Source: Tubiluchus corallicola (taxonomy: Eukaryota > Animalia > Priapulida). Taken from it: a stretch of DNA of 64,000 nucleotides. Positions 1-10,403 of this stretch are shown here, in pieces. The stretch covers positions 806,001-870,000 of the forward strand of contig JAQGDQ010000040.1 in assembly GCA_030141605.1 (NCBI GenBank). Direction: 5' to 3'. The position numbers and the translations under genes are program-made. The notes under the pieces are model-generated. The model ran no database searches and had not been told where the DNA came from. It saw nothing but the letters and a program-made list of their open reading frames with translations. Position 1 is the first letter of the stretch, and each line of letters begins with the position of its first letter.

Positions 1-1
1 A

Positions 2-61
2 AATAATCGAAGAAAGGTAAAAGAAACTGGTAACATTGTGAAGACTTGGTATCGAAAGTAA
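2..61 (+). CDS. 3' end of an unknown CDS entering the window
   Basis: Open frame NNRRKVKETGNIVKTWYRK* ends 6 bp before the next ATG. Confidence 0.4.
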   Translation, partial: NNRRKVKETGNIVKTWYRK

Positions 62-67
62 AGAGTT

Positions 68-508
68 ATGAGGAGTATTAAAACGGTATTGCTGGTAATT
101 GTATTTTTGCCTCTTGCCATGATTCAAGAACAGGCTTATTCACAAGGGGTAGAAGGGTTGTGGATAAGTACTGATGAAATAGGTAGGGAAAGGTCAATAG
201 TGAAAACTTTTATTGAAAATAATAAGCTGTATGGTAAGATATTAAAACTGCTGGACGAAGAAGAAGCAAAAACAAACCCTATCTGTGTGAAGTGTGAGGG
301 AAAGTTGAAGGGACATCCCATAATAGGAATACAAATTATCAATGGGCTTGAGAATGTTGGCAGAGAGTGGTATAGGGAAAATGGTATTCTTGATCCCTAT
401 ACGGGGAAGTATCACAACGTAAGAATATGGGTTAAAGGAGATGAACTAAAGGTACGTGGATATAAAGGCTTTTTATATCTCACGATGACATGGAAAAGCG
501 TAAAATGA
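68..508 (+). CDS. DUF2147 family exported protein
   Basis: Signal peptide, GLW, CxxC, GxILDPxxGKxY, LKVRGY motifs. Confidence 0.85.
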   Translation: MRSIKTVLLVIVFLPLAMIQEQAYSQGVEGLWISTDEIGRERSIVKTFIENNKLYGKILKLLDEEEAKTNPICVKCEGKLKGHPIIGIQIINGLENVGREWYRENGILDPYTGKYHNVRIWVKGDELKVRGYKGFLYLTMTWKSVK

Positions 509-529
509 AGCAAATCCAAGCATAGTAGT

Positions 530-652
530 GAAGCTTTACAAAACCCCACCATTATTTTATTAAAATTTTCTTTAAAATCCTTACTTACATCAGTAAGCTA
601 CGGCTTTTTCTTACAAGTATGAGCAGGACTCTTTTGCTTTGCAAAGGAACTC
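530..652 (+). repeat. Palindromic intergenic repeat (MITE/RPE-like), copy 1
   Basis: GAAGCTTTACAAAAC...TGCAAAGGAACTC ends; core CTTACTTACATCAGTAAGCT. Confidence 0.6.
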
Positions 653-782
653 TTCATTTTGTTTTATCTCCATAATAGGTGTCAAAGAGTTAATTTTGAA
701 AGCTCAATAACATTATATCATGTGTACTATCTCAAAATTTGCTTACTTTTACGCTGAAAATAAGTTTAAGTGGTATTGTAAA

Positions 783-1343
783 ATGAGTGAGGATGAGTTG
801 TCACATATTGTATACTCCAAGGATGTAATAGAGTTTGTTACAGTGGCTAATGAATACTGTGGATTTGTGGAGAGGCATGGTGATTTTGAGCGCAAAGATT
901 TCATTGTAAAAATGCAGAAGCTATTACCTCTTTTATACCTGAAGGCGTCGTTAATTCCCGATGTTGACGATATCTTTGATGATACGCCGGGTAAGTTTGT
1001 GACAGAGGGTGATTATGATTTTATTCATGACAGGTTGTTGCAGAAATTTGGGGAGTTTGATTCGTATCGTGAAATATCAGGTTCTTTAGAGCCATTTAGT
1101 GAGGATGGTAGCATGGCTGAGGCTATGGCGGATATTTATCAGGATTTGAAAGATTTTGTTCTTGCTTACCGAATAGGCACAACCGATGTGATGGTTGATG
1201 CTCTATGGGAGTGCAAAAATAATTTTGAGTATTATTGGGGTATGAGGCTTATAAATGTAATGAGAGCGATACACAACCTTATTCATGAAGGTAAGGATAT
1301 AGACAAGGAAGATAATATTACCCTGCAGAGCCCCATAATTTAG
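783..1343 (+). CDS. DUF5063 family protein
   Basis: IEFVTVANEYC, LADIYQDLKDF-like and WG motifs; start placed at MSEDEL. Confidence 0.8.
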   Translation: MSEDELSHIVYSKDVIEFVTVANEYCGFVERHGDFERKDFIVKMQKLLPLLYLKASLIPDVDDIFDDTPGKFVTEGDYDFIHDRLLQKFGEFDSYREISGSLEPFSEDGSMAEAMADIYQDLKDFVLAYRIGTTDVMVDALWECKNNFEYYWGMRLINVMRAIHNLIHEGKDIDKEDNITLQSPII

Positions 1344-1383
1344 AGATTTGTGACAGCAATTGGGGTTTTAATTTTTTTTCTAT

Positions 1384-1980
1384 ATGGGAAAAACTTTAGG
1401 AGAAATTAAGAAAAGTATTACGCATGACGAGTTGGCCAATCTGCCATTAAAACACTTTGAAGGGGATGTTTGTACTATATGTGATCCTGAGCGAGTTGAG
1501 TCTGCTGTTAGCTACCTTAGAAATTTCCCTGTACTTGGTTTTGATACTGAAACGAGGCCTTCATTTAAGAAAGGGTGCGTTAACAGTGTAGCTTTATTAC
1601 AGCTATCAACTGCTGAAAAGGCGTTTCTATTTAGATTAAATATAATTGGGCTACCGCTTGATGTGATTGAGATACTGGAGTCTCCCCATATAAAAAAAGT
1701 AGGAGTGGCGATACATGATGATATTAAAGATCTTAAGGGTGTTAAGCCTTTTCACCCTGGAGGGTTTATAGAGCTGCAGGAGTTTGTTAAGAAGTGTGGT
1801 ATTGAGAATTCTGCGTTAAAGAAGCTTGCAGGAATAGTATTAGGCTTTAGAATATCAAAATCTCAGCGCTTATCTAATTGGGAAGCGCCAAGTCTCACAC
1901 CCCTTCAGAAGCGTTATGCTGCCACAGATGCTTGGGTATCATTAGAGGTGTACAATAAGTTATCATACCTTATGTCATAG
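1384..1980 (+). CDS. 3'-5' exonuclease (RNase D/WRN-like DEDDy)
   Basis: GFDTETRP, SNWE, YAATDA motifs. Confidence 0.9.
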   Translation: MGKTLGEIKKSITHDELANLPLKHFEGDVCTICDPERVESAVSYLRNFPVLGFDTETRPSFKKGCVNSVALLQLSTAEKAFLFRLNIIGLPLDVIEILESPHIKKVGVAIHDDIKDLKGVKPFHPGGFIELQEFVKKCGIENSALKKLAGIVLGFRISKSQRLSNWEAPSLTPLQKRYAATDAWVSLEVYNKLSYLMS

Positions 1981-2069
1981 CTAGGTTATCCATTTTTTTA
2001 AAGACTAAAAACGGAGGAGTACTCGACTAATAAGCATATAGTGGATGTATCCGATAAAACAGAATAACA

Positions 2070-3299
2070 TTGAAATTTCGCGAATTAAATTTCACCTCCG
2101 AGGTGATGGATGGTATTGAGGCTATGGGCTTTGATGAGTGTACGCCTGTTCAGGCAGCCTCTATGCCTGTGGTGATGGAAGGTAAGGACTTAATTGGTTG
2201 TGCGCAGACTGGCACAGGCAAAACTGCTGCCTACCTTCTTCCTGTGATTAATTGCATGTCAGGAAAAGGCAGTACTGGAATTAATACTGTCATTATTGCT
2301 CCCACACGGGAGCTGGTAGTGCAGATAGACCAGCAGATTGAAGGATTCTCATATTTCTGTCCTGTCTCATCGATACCTGTTTATGGTGGAGGGGAGGGGA
2401 GTGCTTTTGAGCAGCAACGTATTGCTTTGAAAAATGGAGCTGATTTTGTTGTAGCTACACCTGGGCGGCTGCTGGCTCATATGAATCTGAAATATGCTGA
2501 TTTTTCAAATGTGCAGCATCTTATTCTTGATGAGGCGGACAGAATGCTGGATATGGGATTTTATGACGATATTATGCGTATTGTACGGGAGATTCCTACA
2601 GAGAGGCAAACTCTGATGTTTTCGGCAACGATGCCGCCTAAGATCAGAAAGCTGGCAAATAGTATATTAAAGGAGCCTGAAGAGATAAATATTGCCATAT
2701 CAAAACCGGCGGAAAATATTTTACAGGTAGCCTACATGGCTTTTGAAAATCAGAAAATACCACTGCTAAAGGAGTTATTAAAAGATAAGAACGACCTCCA
2801 GAGTATTATTATTTTTACATCTAGAAAGATAGGTGTCAGTCAGATAGTGAGGGAGTTGAAAAGGCTGAATTTTAAAGTTGATGGAATAAGTTCTGATTTG
2901 GAGCAGAAAGAGAGGGAGGAAGTGTTACGCAAGTTTAAAAATAGAAGAACACAAATACTGGTAGCAACAGATATACTTTCGAGGGGTATTGACATAGAAG
3001 GTATCGATTTGGTATTGAATTACGATGTTCCTTCAGATGCAGAGGACTATGTGCATCGTATAGGTCGCACGGCCAGGGCTCAGCAGTCGGGTGTTGCTAT
3101 AACTTTAATTTCTGATAAAGATCAGAGTGAATTTAAAAAGATAGAGGAGCTTATTGAGAGAGAGGTGGTAAAAGTGCCATTGCCGGGTGGGCTTGGAGTG
3201 GGGCCTGAGTACGACCCCGTTATCAAAAAAAAGTACCGAAAGCCAAAGCCTTTTAATAAAAGCAAGGGGAAAAAGTTTGGGGGAAATAAGCGGTATTAA
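2070..3299 (+). CDS. DEAD-box RNA helicase (TTG start)
   Basis: AQTGTGKT, PTREL, DEAD, SAT, HRIGRTAR; basic C-tail. Confidence 0.95.
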   Translation: MKFRELNFTSEVMDGIEAMGFDECTPVQAASMPVVMEGKDLIGCAQTGTGKTAAYLLPVINCMSGKGSTGINTVIIAPTRELVVQIDQQIEGFSYFCPVSSIPVYGGGEGSAFEQQRIALKNGADFVVATPGRLLAHMNLKYADFSNVQHLILDEADRMLDMGFYDDIMRIVREIPTERQTLMFSATMPPKIRKLANSILKEPEEINIAISKPAENILQVAYMAFENQKIPLLKELLKDKNDLQSIIIFTSRKIGVSQIVRELKRLNFKVDGISSDLEQKEREEVLRKFKNRRTQILVATDILSRGIDIEGIDLVLNYDVPSDAEDYVHRIGRTARAQQSGVAITLISDKDQSEFKKIEELIEREVVKVPLPGGLGVGPEYDPVIKKKYRKPKPFNKSKGKKFGGNKRY

Positions 3300-3314
3300 C
3301 ATATTGATATATGT

Positions 3315-3431
3315 GAGGCTTTGTAAGGTAGAATATTTTAGGTTTAGATCGAAAAAATCGATGATAGACCGCAGGTTACTTAGTTTAAGAGAGGATTTTA
3401 ACGTTAATATTATGAGTTTTACAAATGGATC
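3315..3431 (-). repeat. Palindromic intergenic repeat, copy 2 (inverted)
   Basis: GAGGCTTTGTAAGG...GAGTTTTACAAA; core CCGCAGGTTAC..GAGGATTTT. Confidence 0.55.
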
Positions 3432-3561
3432 ATATGCGAGCGTTCCTGGAAAAGTCCATTAGTATTGTTATTTTAGCACTGTGTATAAGCCTTTGAGTTT
3501 CTGCTGTTACTGTATCGTTAAATGCGTGCTACAGAATTTAAATATATAAAATTGAAATATT

Positions 3562-4233
3562 ATGAAAAAAGGTAATCCGGGGTTTTTAAAAAAAACGTTT
3601 AGACCATTCATTACCGGGGTGTTAACTATTTCTCCACTAGTTATTACATTGGCTGTAATAGTTTGGGTTATAAGACGTCTTCAGGAGTTTATGGGGCCAG
3701 AAAGCAGTTTTGGGAATCTTCTCCAGTCTGTTGGGCTGACACTTGTATCCAGCAGTATTATAGCATATATTATTGGCATGGGGATTGTTTTTGCCCTGAT
3801 CTACTTTTTTGGAGTATTGGTTCAGTCAGGACTGAGGAACAGGTGGAATATGTTTGTTGACAGTATTATGAGGCATATTCCTCTGTTAAGGAGTATTTAT
3901 GATGCAACTAAAAAGCTTACGTGGCTTTTTGGTGGGAAAGATAACTCAGTGATAAAGACCATGAGCCCTGTAATGATAAATTTTGGAGGAAAAGGGGGCA
4001 CCTTAATGCTTGGGCTTATGTCCAGTAAGGATAAAATAGATATTGACGGCAAAAACTATTACACTGTTATGATTCCAACGGCACCGGTGCCGTTCGGAGG
4101 AGCTATTTTTTATGTGCCTGAGGAGTGGATAAAACCAACTAATTTTAGTTTTGATGGCTTTTTAAATGTCTATATGTCTATGGGAGTTACTTCAACCGAT
4201 TTTTTTAAAAAAAGTGAAAAGAAGAAAAAATGA
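3562..4233 (+). CDS. DUF502 membrane protein
   Basis: Two TM helices, IPLLRSIY, PTAPVPFGG, SMG motifs. Confidence 0.85.
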   Translation: MKKGNPGFLKKTFRPFITGVLTISPLVITLAVIVWVIRRLQEFMGPESSFGNLLQSVGLTLVSSSIIAYIIGMGIVFALIYFFGVLVQSGLRNRWNMFVDSIMRHIPLLRSIYDATKKLTWLFGGKDNSVIKTMSPVMINFGGKGGTLMLGLMSSKDKIDIDGKNYYTVMIPTAPVPFGGAIFYVPEEWIKPTNFSFDGFLNVYMSMGVTSTDFFKKSEKKKK

Positions 4234-4276
4234 TTTTAAGTGCATTATAAAGTGAAAACTAACTAACTAAACTGCT

Positions 4277-5029
4277 ATGTTAAAAGCTGTAGTAATTGAT
4301 GATGATCCTCTCTCCAGGCTTATTTTGAAAAAAAATCTGTTAAAAGAGGTTGGAAGTGTGATCTTTAAGGGTGAAGCTGACTCTGTAGAGTCCGGGCTAG
4401 AGCTTATAGGGGATGTTTGTCCTGATGTTATTTTTCTGGATATCAAGATGACTGATGGCACCGGATTCGATCTTATAGACCGGGTGGAGAAGATTACTTT
4501 TAAAATAATCTTTACAACTGCGTATAGTGATTATGCTGTTGAGGCTTTTAAGTACTCGGCTTTCGACTATCTAGTAAAGCCTATCTCCGGTAATGACATA
4601 AAGGCTACATTAGAAAGATTAAGTAGCAGCTCCGCAATTGATCAGTATAAATATGCTGAAACACTAAAAGAAAACGTAAATGCCATAAAAAGCGGAATTG
4701 CCACTATTGCCTTGCCTGATGCCGATGGTTTTTCTATCGTTAGAGTTGAAGATATTACCTGCTGTGAAGGAGATCGTAACTACACACAAGTGTTTTTGAA
4801 AAATGGGAAAAGTGTACTTGTAAGCCGTACGCTTATGGAGTTTGAAAGCCTGTTGGAACCTCATGGCTTTATGCGTATACACCGAAGCTATATTGTTAAT
4901 TTTAAAGAGGTGGAGAAGCTTATGAAAACTAAAGGAGGTATGGTGAAAATGAGTTCAGGTAAGACGTACAGGGTGTCTCTCAAATATAAAAAAGAGGTAG
5001 TGGAGAAGTTGTTGGCTAATAAGCTGTAG
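4277..5029 (+). CDS. LytTR-family response regulator (no adjacent kinase)
   Basis: REC domain (DDD, FLDI, KP) plus LytTR domain FMRIHRSYIVN. Confidence 0.92.
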   Translation: MLKAVVIDDDPLSRLILKKNLLKEVGSVIFKGEADSVESGLELIGDVCPDVIFLDIKMTDGTGFDLIDRVEKITFKIIFTTAYSDYAVEAFKYSAFDYLVKPISGNDIKATLERLSSSSAIDQYKYAETLKENVNAIKSGIATIALPDADGFSIVRVEDITCCEGDRNYTQVFLKNGKSVLVSRTLMEFESLLEPHGFMRIHRSYIVNFKEVEKLMKTKGGMVKMSSGKTYRVSLKYKKEVVEKLLANKL

Positions 5030-5160
5030 CTGTATGTGTTTACTTGCTAGCTACTTTAGCAGCATAGCTTTTCATTATAGAGCGTGTTTGTTATAGACAT
5101 AAGCGCAATACAGGTTTTTAGCTGAATCCGAACATTTTTTTATTTCAGCTTCTGTTTTGA

Positions 5161-6516
5161 CAATAGTTCGTTAAATAATCATGCAGCGATAGTGCCGTAA
5201 GTTATTAATTCTCTGATTTTGGATTTATTTTTGGTTAAGTTTGGTCTCACCGCGAACACGCTAAAAAATCTATTTAGCAGTAATTCATTGTGATACATTG
5301 TTTTTATATCGGCCATAGAAAAAGCATTTCTATTGATTTTTGGTATAGCTAACCAGTGGTTAATCTTGGCCAAATTGACTGCAGTAAGAGACGCATTAAA
5401 ATGAAAATGTAATTTATTTTCACTTCTTGCCTGACAGTCTTTCAATCCGGTATATTGTTTTGCATCTCTGTAAATGAACTCAATCTGGAATCTGGCTTGA
5501 TAATATTCAAGAATCGTCTCGGCTTTCATTTGCAAATCAGTAGAGAAGTATAACTTGTGAGACCACTTTCGGGATGTTCCTTTTGTAAAAACAACAACAA
5601 GATTAACATCTCGTTTTAATGATTTTGCATAAACTGTTGCTCCGTATATTTTGCATTTTTCGTTTTGCTCAAAGCATTCAAAATATTTTGATTTTAAATT
5701 ATCAAAGTCAATCTTTCCTTCATATTTTCTAGGTCTTCCTCTACCAGCTTTTTGCTGACCATAAAATTTGTATTGTAAGTTAGCATCATCTCTCAGGCGA
5801 CTAATCACTTCAAATCCATTTTCGCAAAGCTTGGTTACAAACTTATTCTTTGAAAAATAGGCATCTGCCAAAACGTATTTTGATACACATAACAGATTGT
5901 CCTTGCGTTGAATCAAAACATTTGCGTAATGATCAACCAGACTTTCTGCTTCAAGATTATTAGGGGTTTGAATAGCTTCTAAATGAAAAGCTGTATGATT
6001 ATCAATATCAACGGCTGCTATTCCTGCAATCTCTAAGCCCCATTTTGTTTTGCCGGCACATCCTGACCAAAAGTAACCAGCCCCAGATGTATGCTTTCCT
6101 GACTTGCTTATATAGCTTGGATCAAAGGCTATGGCTTGATGGTTGCTTGCGTAATGGATTACCGACTCTTTGTTAAAAGTCATAAAATCAAACCCTTTTT
6201 CAAATTGATATCTATAACGTTGCTCACAGTGATTTCCATATCTGCCAAATTGAAGAAAGTTCATCTTTCCTTTGATACTAAGAAATAGTCCGAAGATGTC
6301 TAGCATAAAATCGAATTGCCACTTATTTATTCCTTCCATTTGGTTTAAAATCATTTTTACCTGATCTTTATATCTTGATATTTCCTTGATAATCATGTCT
6401 AAAATTGTCGGTCAAAAACAACTTTAAGATACTGATTATCAGGGGATTATCCTAATTTTTTCAACATTTATTTTATTGATTGTCAGATATTTATGTAAAT
6501 GTTTAACGAACTATTG
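5161..6516 (-). mobile_element. IS element (IS4/IS701-like DDE), copy 1, 1356 bp
   Basis: 15-bp IR CAATAGTTCGTTAAA; 6-bp TSD TTTTGA at 5155-5160 and 6517-6522; near-identical copy at 31719. Confidence 0.95.
5179..6396 (-). CDS. DDE transposase
   Basis: FDPSYISKSG, ADAYFS, YQARFQIEFIYRDAKQ (YREK-type motif). Confidence 0.95.
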   Translation of the reverse strand: MIIKEISRYKDQVKMILNQMEGINKWQFDFMLDIFGLFLSIKGKMNFLQFGRYGNHCEQRYRYQFEKGFDFMTFNKESVIHYASNHQAIAFDPSYISKSGKHTSGAGYFWSGCAGKTKWGLEIAGIAAVDIDNHTAFHLEAIQTPNNLEAESLVDHYANVLIQRKDNLLCVSKYVLADAYFSKNKFVTKLCENGFEVISRLRDDANLQYKFYGQQKAGRGRPRKYEGKIDFDNLKSKYFECFEQNEKCKIYGATVYAKSLKRDVNLVVVFTKGTSRKWSHKLYFSTDLQMKAETILEYYQARFQIEFIYRDAKQYTGLKDCQARSENKLHFHFNASLTAVNLAKINHWLAIPKINRNAFSMADIKTMYHNELLLNRFFSVFAVRPNLTKNKSKIRELITYGTIAA

Positions 6517-6771
6517 TTTTGAAGTATTTGCAGTATTCATCTTTATTAATATCTTCGTCAGGAATTTTCTTCATAATTTTTATTTTTTTAACAATTTAAT
6601 TGTAGTTTTTATTAAATCTTTTCTCAATTTGGGTCAAAATATTTTGCTTTGTAAGTGCCTTGCGTTTAAGATACGAGGCAAATTGTTAAATTTGTTTGGT
6701 TAAAGCCTAAGGAAGAAGGCAGACAGGAGATTTAGAAATTGCGGTTTGCACATGTAGTGAATTGAGTGTTT

Positions 6772-8712
6772 ATGGAAGACAGGAACTTTAAAGATATAGA
6801 CTTTTCTAAATATCCATCGTACAATGGAGATGATTTGGGGTTGCTTTACTCCTCTTTTGGAATTTTTATGCGCATCTGGGCTCCCACGGCACTTCGTGTG
6901 TTTTTCAGGTTATATAAGAATGGTATTGGGGGCGTATCTGTTAAGGAGTTGGATATGGTGAAGGATGTAGATGGGACGTGGACACTTAGCCTTGATGGAA
7001 ATTGGAATGGATGGTTTTACACTATACAGGTAAAAGATAGTGAGGGTTGGCTAAATGAGATACCTGACATATATGCGCGAACTACAGGAGTAAGTGGGTT
7101 AAGGGGAATGATTTATGATCCGCTTGATGTAAATCCTGACGGTTGGGGGGAAAACAAGCTGAAAAAGGTACCACCAACGGATATGGTTATTTATGAGACT
7201 CATGTTCGTGATTTTACTATATCACAAAGTTCCGAAATAAAGAACAGGGGCAGGTTTTTAGGTTTTACAGAAAAGGGTACGCGTTCGCGAAAAGGAGACA
7301 CTACCGGCCTGGATCATCTCAAGGAGATGGGCATTACTCATGTGCAACTACTGCCTGTAGCAGATTTTTACACTGTTGATGAGACAAAAAAGAACCCGGA
7401 TTATAATTGGGGCTACGATCCTTTGAACTACAATACTCCGGAAGGGTGGTATTCTACAGATGCACGCAATGGAAAAGTGAGAGTGAAAGAGTTGAAGCAG
7501 TTGGTGAAGGCTCTTCACGATGAAGGAATAGGTATTATATTTGATGTTGTGTATAATCATACCGGGCTGACGTGTGAATCTTATTTCAATCAAACCGTTC
7601 CCGGATACTTTTATCGTCACAATCCCGATGGTACATTCTCTAATGCTAGTGGCTGCGGAAATGAAACGGCATCTGAGAGGGAGATGGTTAGGAAGTACAT
7701 AATTGATTCGATTATATATTGGGCTACGGAGTATCATGCAGATGGGTTTAGGTTTGACCTCATGGGGATACATGATATAGTTACGATGAATGAGGTAAGA
7801 GAAGCGCTTGATAAAATAGACCCGGGTATATTTGTGTACGGAGAAGGGTGGACTGCCGGGAGTAGCCCACTGGATAAAAGCCAGAGAGCAGTAAAGTCCA
7901 ATGCTTCAAAGTTGAACAAGATAGCAATGTTTAGTGATAATATGCGGGATAGCCTGAAAGGGTCAATATTTGATAAACATAGCACAGGGTTTATTAGCGG
8001 AGCTGTGTCGGGAGAGGAGAAGCTAAAGTTTTCAGTAACAGGTTCTATTGAGCATGATCAGGTAGATATCAATCTTGTTGATGCTATATATTCGTTTTGG
8101 GCAAGTTCTCCTGAGCAATGCGTGAATTATGTTTCGTGCCATGATAACTTCACACTGTTTGATAAGTTACGGTATTCTCGTCCTGATGCATCAACTAAAG
8201 AAATAGAGAGAATGGCTCGCTTGGCAATGGGAGTTATATTAACATCACAGGGAGTTCCTTTTTTACATTCGGGTGTTGAGATGCTTAGGACAAAAGGGGG
8301 GCGCTACAACTCTTACTGTTCTCCTGATGCGATAAACAAGATAGACTGGGCAAGAAAACACAAGTTTAGGGATTTTTTCAACTATGTCTGTTCTTTTATT
8401 AAGTTACGTAAAGACCATCCTGCATTTCGAATGAAGCAGTCAGAAATGGTGAAGGGAAAAATGAGGTTTTTACCTGAGTATATCCCCGGCACTGTATGCT
8501 ATGAACTGGGCAGGAACGCCAATAATGACTCCTGGGCAAGGATTTTGATATTATGTAATGGTAATAACCACTCGGTTGAAGTTAATATACCTCATGAAGA
8601 GTGGAGCATTATAGCGCAGGATGGGATGATAGATGCGAGGAGTGGTCTTGGCTATGTTAAAGAGCCCAAAGCGCTTGTTCACCCTATATCTATAATGATT
8701 CTTGCTGTATAA
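6772..8712 (+). CDS. pulA: Type I pullulanase (GH13), no signal peptide
   Basis: YNWGYDP, DVVYNH, GFRFDLMG, YGEGW, NYVSCHDN. Confidence 0.92.
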   Translation: MEDRNFKDIDFSKYPSYNGDDLGLLYSSFGIFMRIWAPTALRVFFRLYKNGIGGVSVKELDMVKDVDGTWTLSLDGNWNGWFYTIQVKDSEGWLNEIPDIYARTTGVSGLRGMIYDPLDVNPDGWGENKLKKVPPTDMVIYETHVRDFTISQSSEIKNRGRFLGFTEKGTRSRKGDTTGLDHLKEMGITHVQLLPVADFYTVDETKKNPDYNWGYDPLNYNTPEGWYSTDARNGKVRVKELKQLVKALHDEGIGIIFDVVYNHTGLTCESYFNQTVPGYFYRHNPDGTFSNASGCGNETASEREMVRKYIIDSIIYWATEYHADGFRFDLMGIHDIVTMNEVREALDKIDPGIFVYGEGWTAGSSPLDKSQRAVKSNASKLNKIAMFSDNMRDSLKGSIFDKHSTGFISGAVSGEEKLKFSVTGSIEHDQVDINLVDAIYSFWASSPEQCVNYVSCHDNFTLFDKLRYSRPDASTKEIERMARLAMGVILTSQGVPFLHSGVEMLRTKGGRYNSYCSPDAINKIDWARKHKFRDFFNYVCSFIKLRKDHPAFRMKQSEMVKGKMRFLPEYIPGTVCYELGRNANNDSWARILILCNGNNHSVEVNIPHEEWSIIAQDGMIDARSGLGYVKEPKALVHPISIMILAV

Positions 8713-8744
8713 CTAAGAACTGCTGACAAACTCTGTATGCCGTG

Positions 8745-9962
8745 TTAAAATGCTGCCAGCAGCAGATCTAAGTCTTTTACAGGAAGGTCGAGCATCTCCC
8801 CAACATCATAGTTTGTGAGTATTCCATTAAAAACATAGACCCCTTCGCTAAAGCCACGATTATTTTTGATATACTGGTTCACGTTTCTAGAGCGGCCTAT
8901 GTCCAGCAGGATAGGGGCTAATATGTTACTTAGCGCTATTGATGCTGTACGGGCGACCCTGGCTGTAATGTTAGGGACACAATAGTGAATAACATTATGC
9001 TTAATGTAAATAGGGTTATTAAGGTTTGTAAGCCTGGATGTTTCGAAGCACCCCCCCTGAATAATGTTCAGGTCTATAATTACAGATTTCTCTTTCATGA
9101 CTCTTACCATATCTTCAGAAATCGTAATTTTGGGGACTTCATTCATTGATAGTGCTCCTATAATAATATCAGCTGAACGAAGGGCTTTTATCAAAGCATT
9201 GGGGTGAAAAACAGATGTAAATATCCGTCGGCCCAAACGCTTTTGAAGATTCATTAATTTATATATAGAACTGTCAAAAGCTTTTACGGTAGCTCCTTGC
9301 GCGAGTGCGCTTCTGGCTGCAAATTCAGCAGCTGTTCCGGAGCCTATTATAACTATTTCAGTAGGGGACATACCTGTTACGGAGCCAAGCATAACCCCTT
9401 TACCTCCGTGGGAGGTACTAGAGTATTCACTACCTACCACCATTGCTGTGTATCCTGTTATTTCACTCATTATTTGTGTAACAGGGAACATGTCATGCCC
9501 ATCTTTCATATATTCAAAGCCGACGGCTGTTGTTTTCCTTTTCATTAAAAGCCGCATAGTCTCTTTGCATTGAAAAGTTATATATAGAGGAGAGAGAAGG
9601 AGTTGGTTGCTTTTAAGCATACTTATCTCCTTTTTTGTAAAAGGGGACATTTGCAGCACAATGTCTGAGTTGTATATTTCTGTGCAGGAGTCGCATATTA
9701 CTGCCCCTGACTCTGATAAGTCATTGTCAGTAAAGCTTGCAGCGACTCCAGCTCCCGATTCAATGTATACTTCATGTCCATTTTCAACAAGTATCTTGAT
9801 TGACTGTGGTGTAAGTGGGATTCGGTATTCCGTATTTGGAACAGTGTTGGGTATACCTATTTTGTAGTGCTTGGTTTTGTCTTTTGGCTTGTAGAGTTCT
9901 TCTCTGGGAAGAAGTTGATTGTTTATTATCGAGGTGAACTTGGATGGAGTCTGTTTGTTCAT
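8745..9962 (-). CDS. ald: Alanine dehydrogenase family protein (long Bacteroidota form)
   Basis: IGIP..E.RIPLTP, GKGVMLG, GGCFETS, HYCVPNI. Confidence 0.8.
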   Translation of the reverse strand: MNKQTPSKFTSIINNQLLPREELYKPKDKTKHYKIGIPNTVPNTEYRIPLTPQSIKILVENGHEVYIESGAGVAASFTDNDLSESGAVICDSCTEIYNSDIVLQMSPFTKKEISMLKSNQLLLSPLYITFQCKETMRLLMKRKTTAVGFEYMKDGHDMFPVTQIMSEITGYTAMVVGSEYSSTSHGGKGVMLGSVTGMSPTEIVIIGSGTAAEFAARSALAQGATVKAFDSSIYKLMNLQKRLGRRIFTSVFHPNALIKALRSADIIIGALSMNEVPKITISEDMVRVMKEKSVIIDLNIIQGGCFETSRLTNLNNPIYIKHNVIHYCVPNITARVARTASIALSNILAPILLDIGRSRNVNQYIKNNRGFSEGVYVFNGILTNYDVGEMLDLPVKDLDLLLAAF

Positions 9963-9969
9963 GTTAGCT

Positions 9970-10389
9970 TTATTTATGTGTCTCGATTATCCGAGTTCCA
10001 TTATCTTTTTCGCTTATTAATAGTTTTATAGTATTTTCAGGAAGCAGGTGCTCAATTACCTCCGGCCACTCAATAAAGCAGTACTTTCCACTATATAAGT
10101 AATCTTCACATCCAAGGTCAAGCGCTTCTAAAGTATTGTTAATTCGATAAAAATCAAAATGAAATATAGTATCGTCCTCCAAAGTTCTGTACTCATTTAC
10201 AATTGCAAAAGTGGGAGAGTTGACGTAGTCTGCAACATGAACCTCTCTGCAAAGAGCCTTGATAAAAGTGGTTTTACCCACCCCCATCTCTCCGTAAAAA
10301 GCATAAACTCTCCCTTTGGAGTAGACGCTGAGGAGTTTTCTTGCAACCCCATTCAGATCATCCAGTGAAGATAACTCAGCCTTAAACAT
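9970..10389 (-). CDS. tsaE: t6A biosynthesis ATPase TsaE
   Basis: GEMGVGKTT, SPTFAIVNEY, HFDFYR, IEWPE. Confidence 0.95.
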   Translation of the reverse strand: MFKAELSSLDDLNGVARKLLSVYSKGRVYAFYGEMGVGKTTFIKALCREVHVADYVNSPTFAIVNEYRTLEDDTIFHFDFYRINNTLEALDLGCEDYLYSGKYCFIEWPEVIEHLLPENTIKLLISEKDNGTRIIETHK

Positions 10390-10403
10390 GGTAATACCTG
10401 CAT

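Larger units (their letters stand above)
5075..6574 (-). pseudogene. Putative 45-aa ORF split by IS copy 1
   Basis: Removing the IS and one TSD gives MKKIPDEDINKDEYCKYFKTEAEIKKCSDSAKNLYCAYVYNKHAL*. Confidence 0.4.

Noticed and set aside
3187-3462. ORFs 3187-3462, 57645-57863 and 61474-61773
   Set aside because: Each runs through a copy of the palindromic repeat and shows no protein motifs
6476-6703. 75-aa plus-strand ORF
   Set aside because: Starts inside the IS end; low-complexity AT-rich translation
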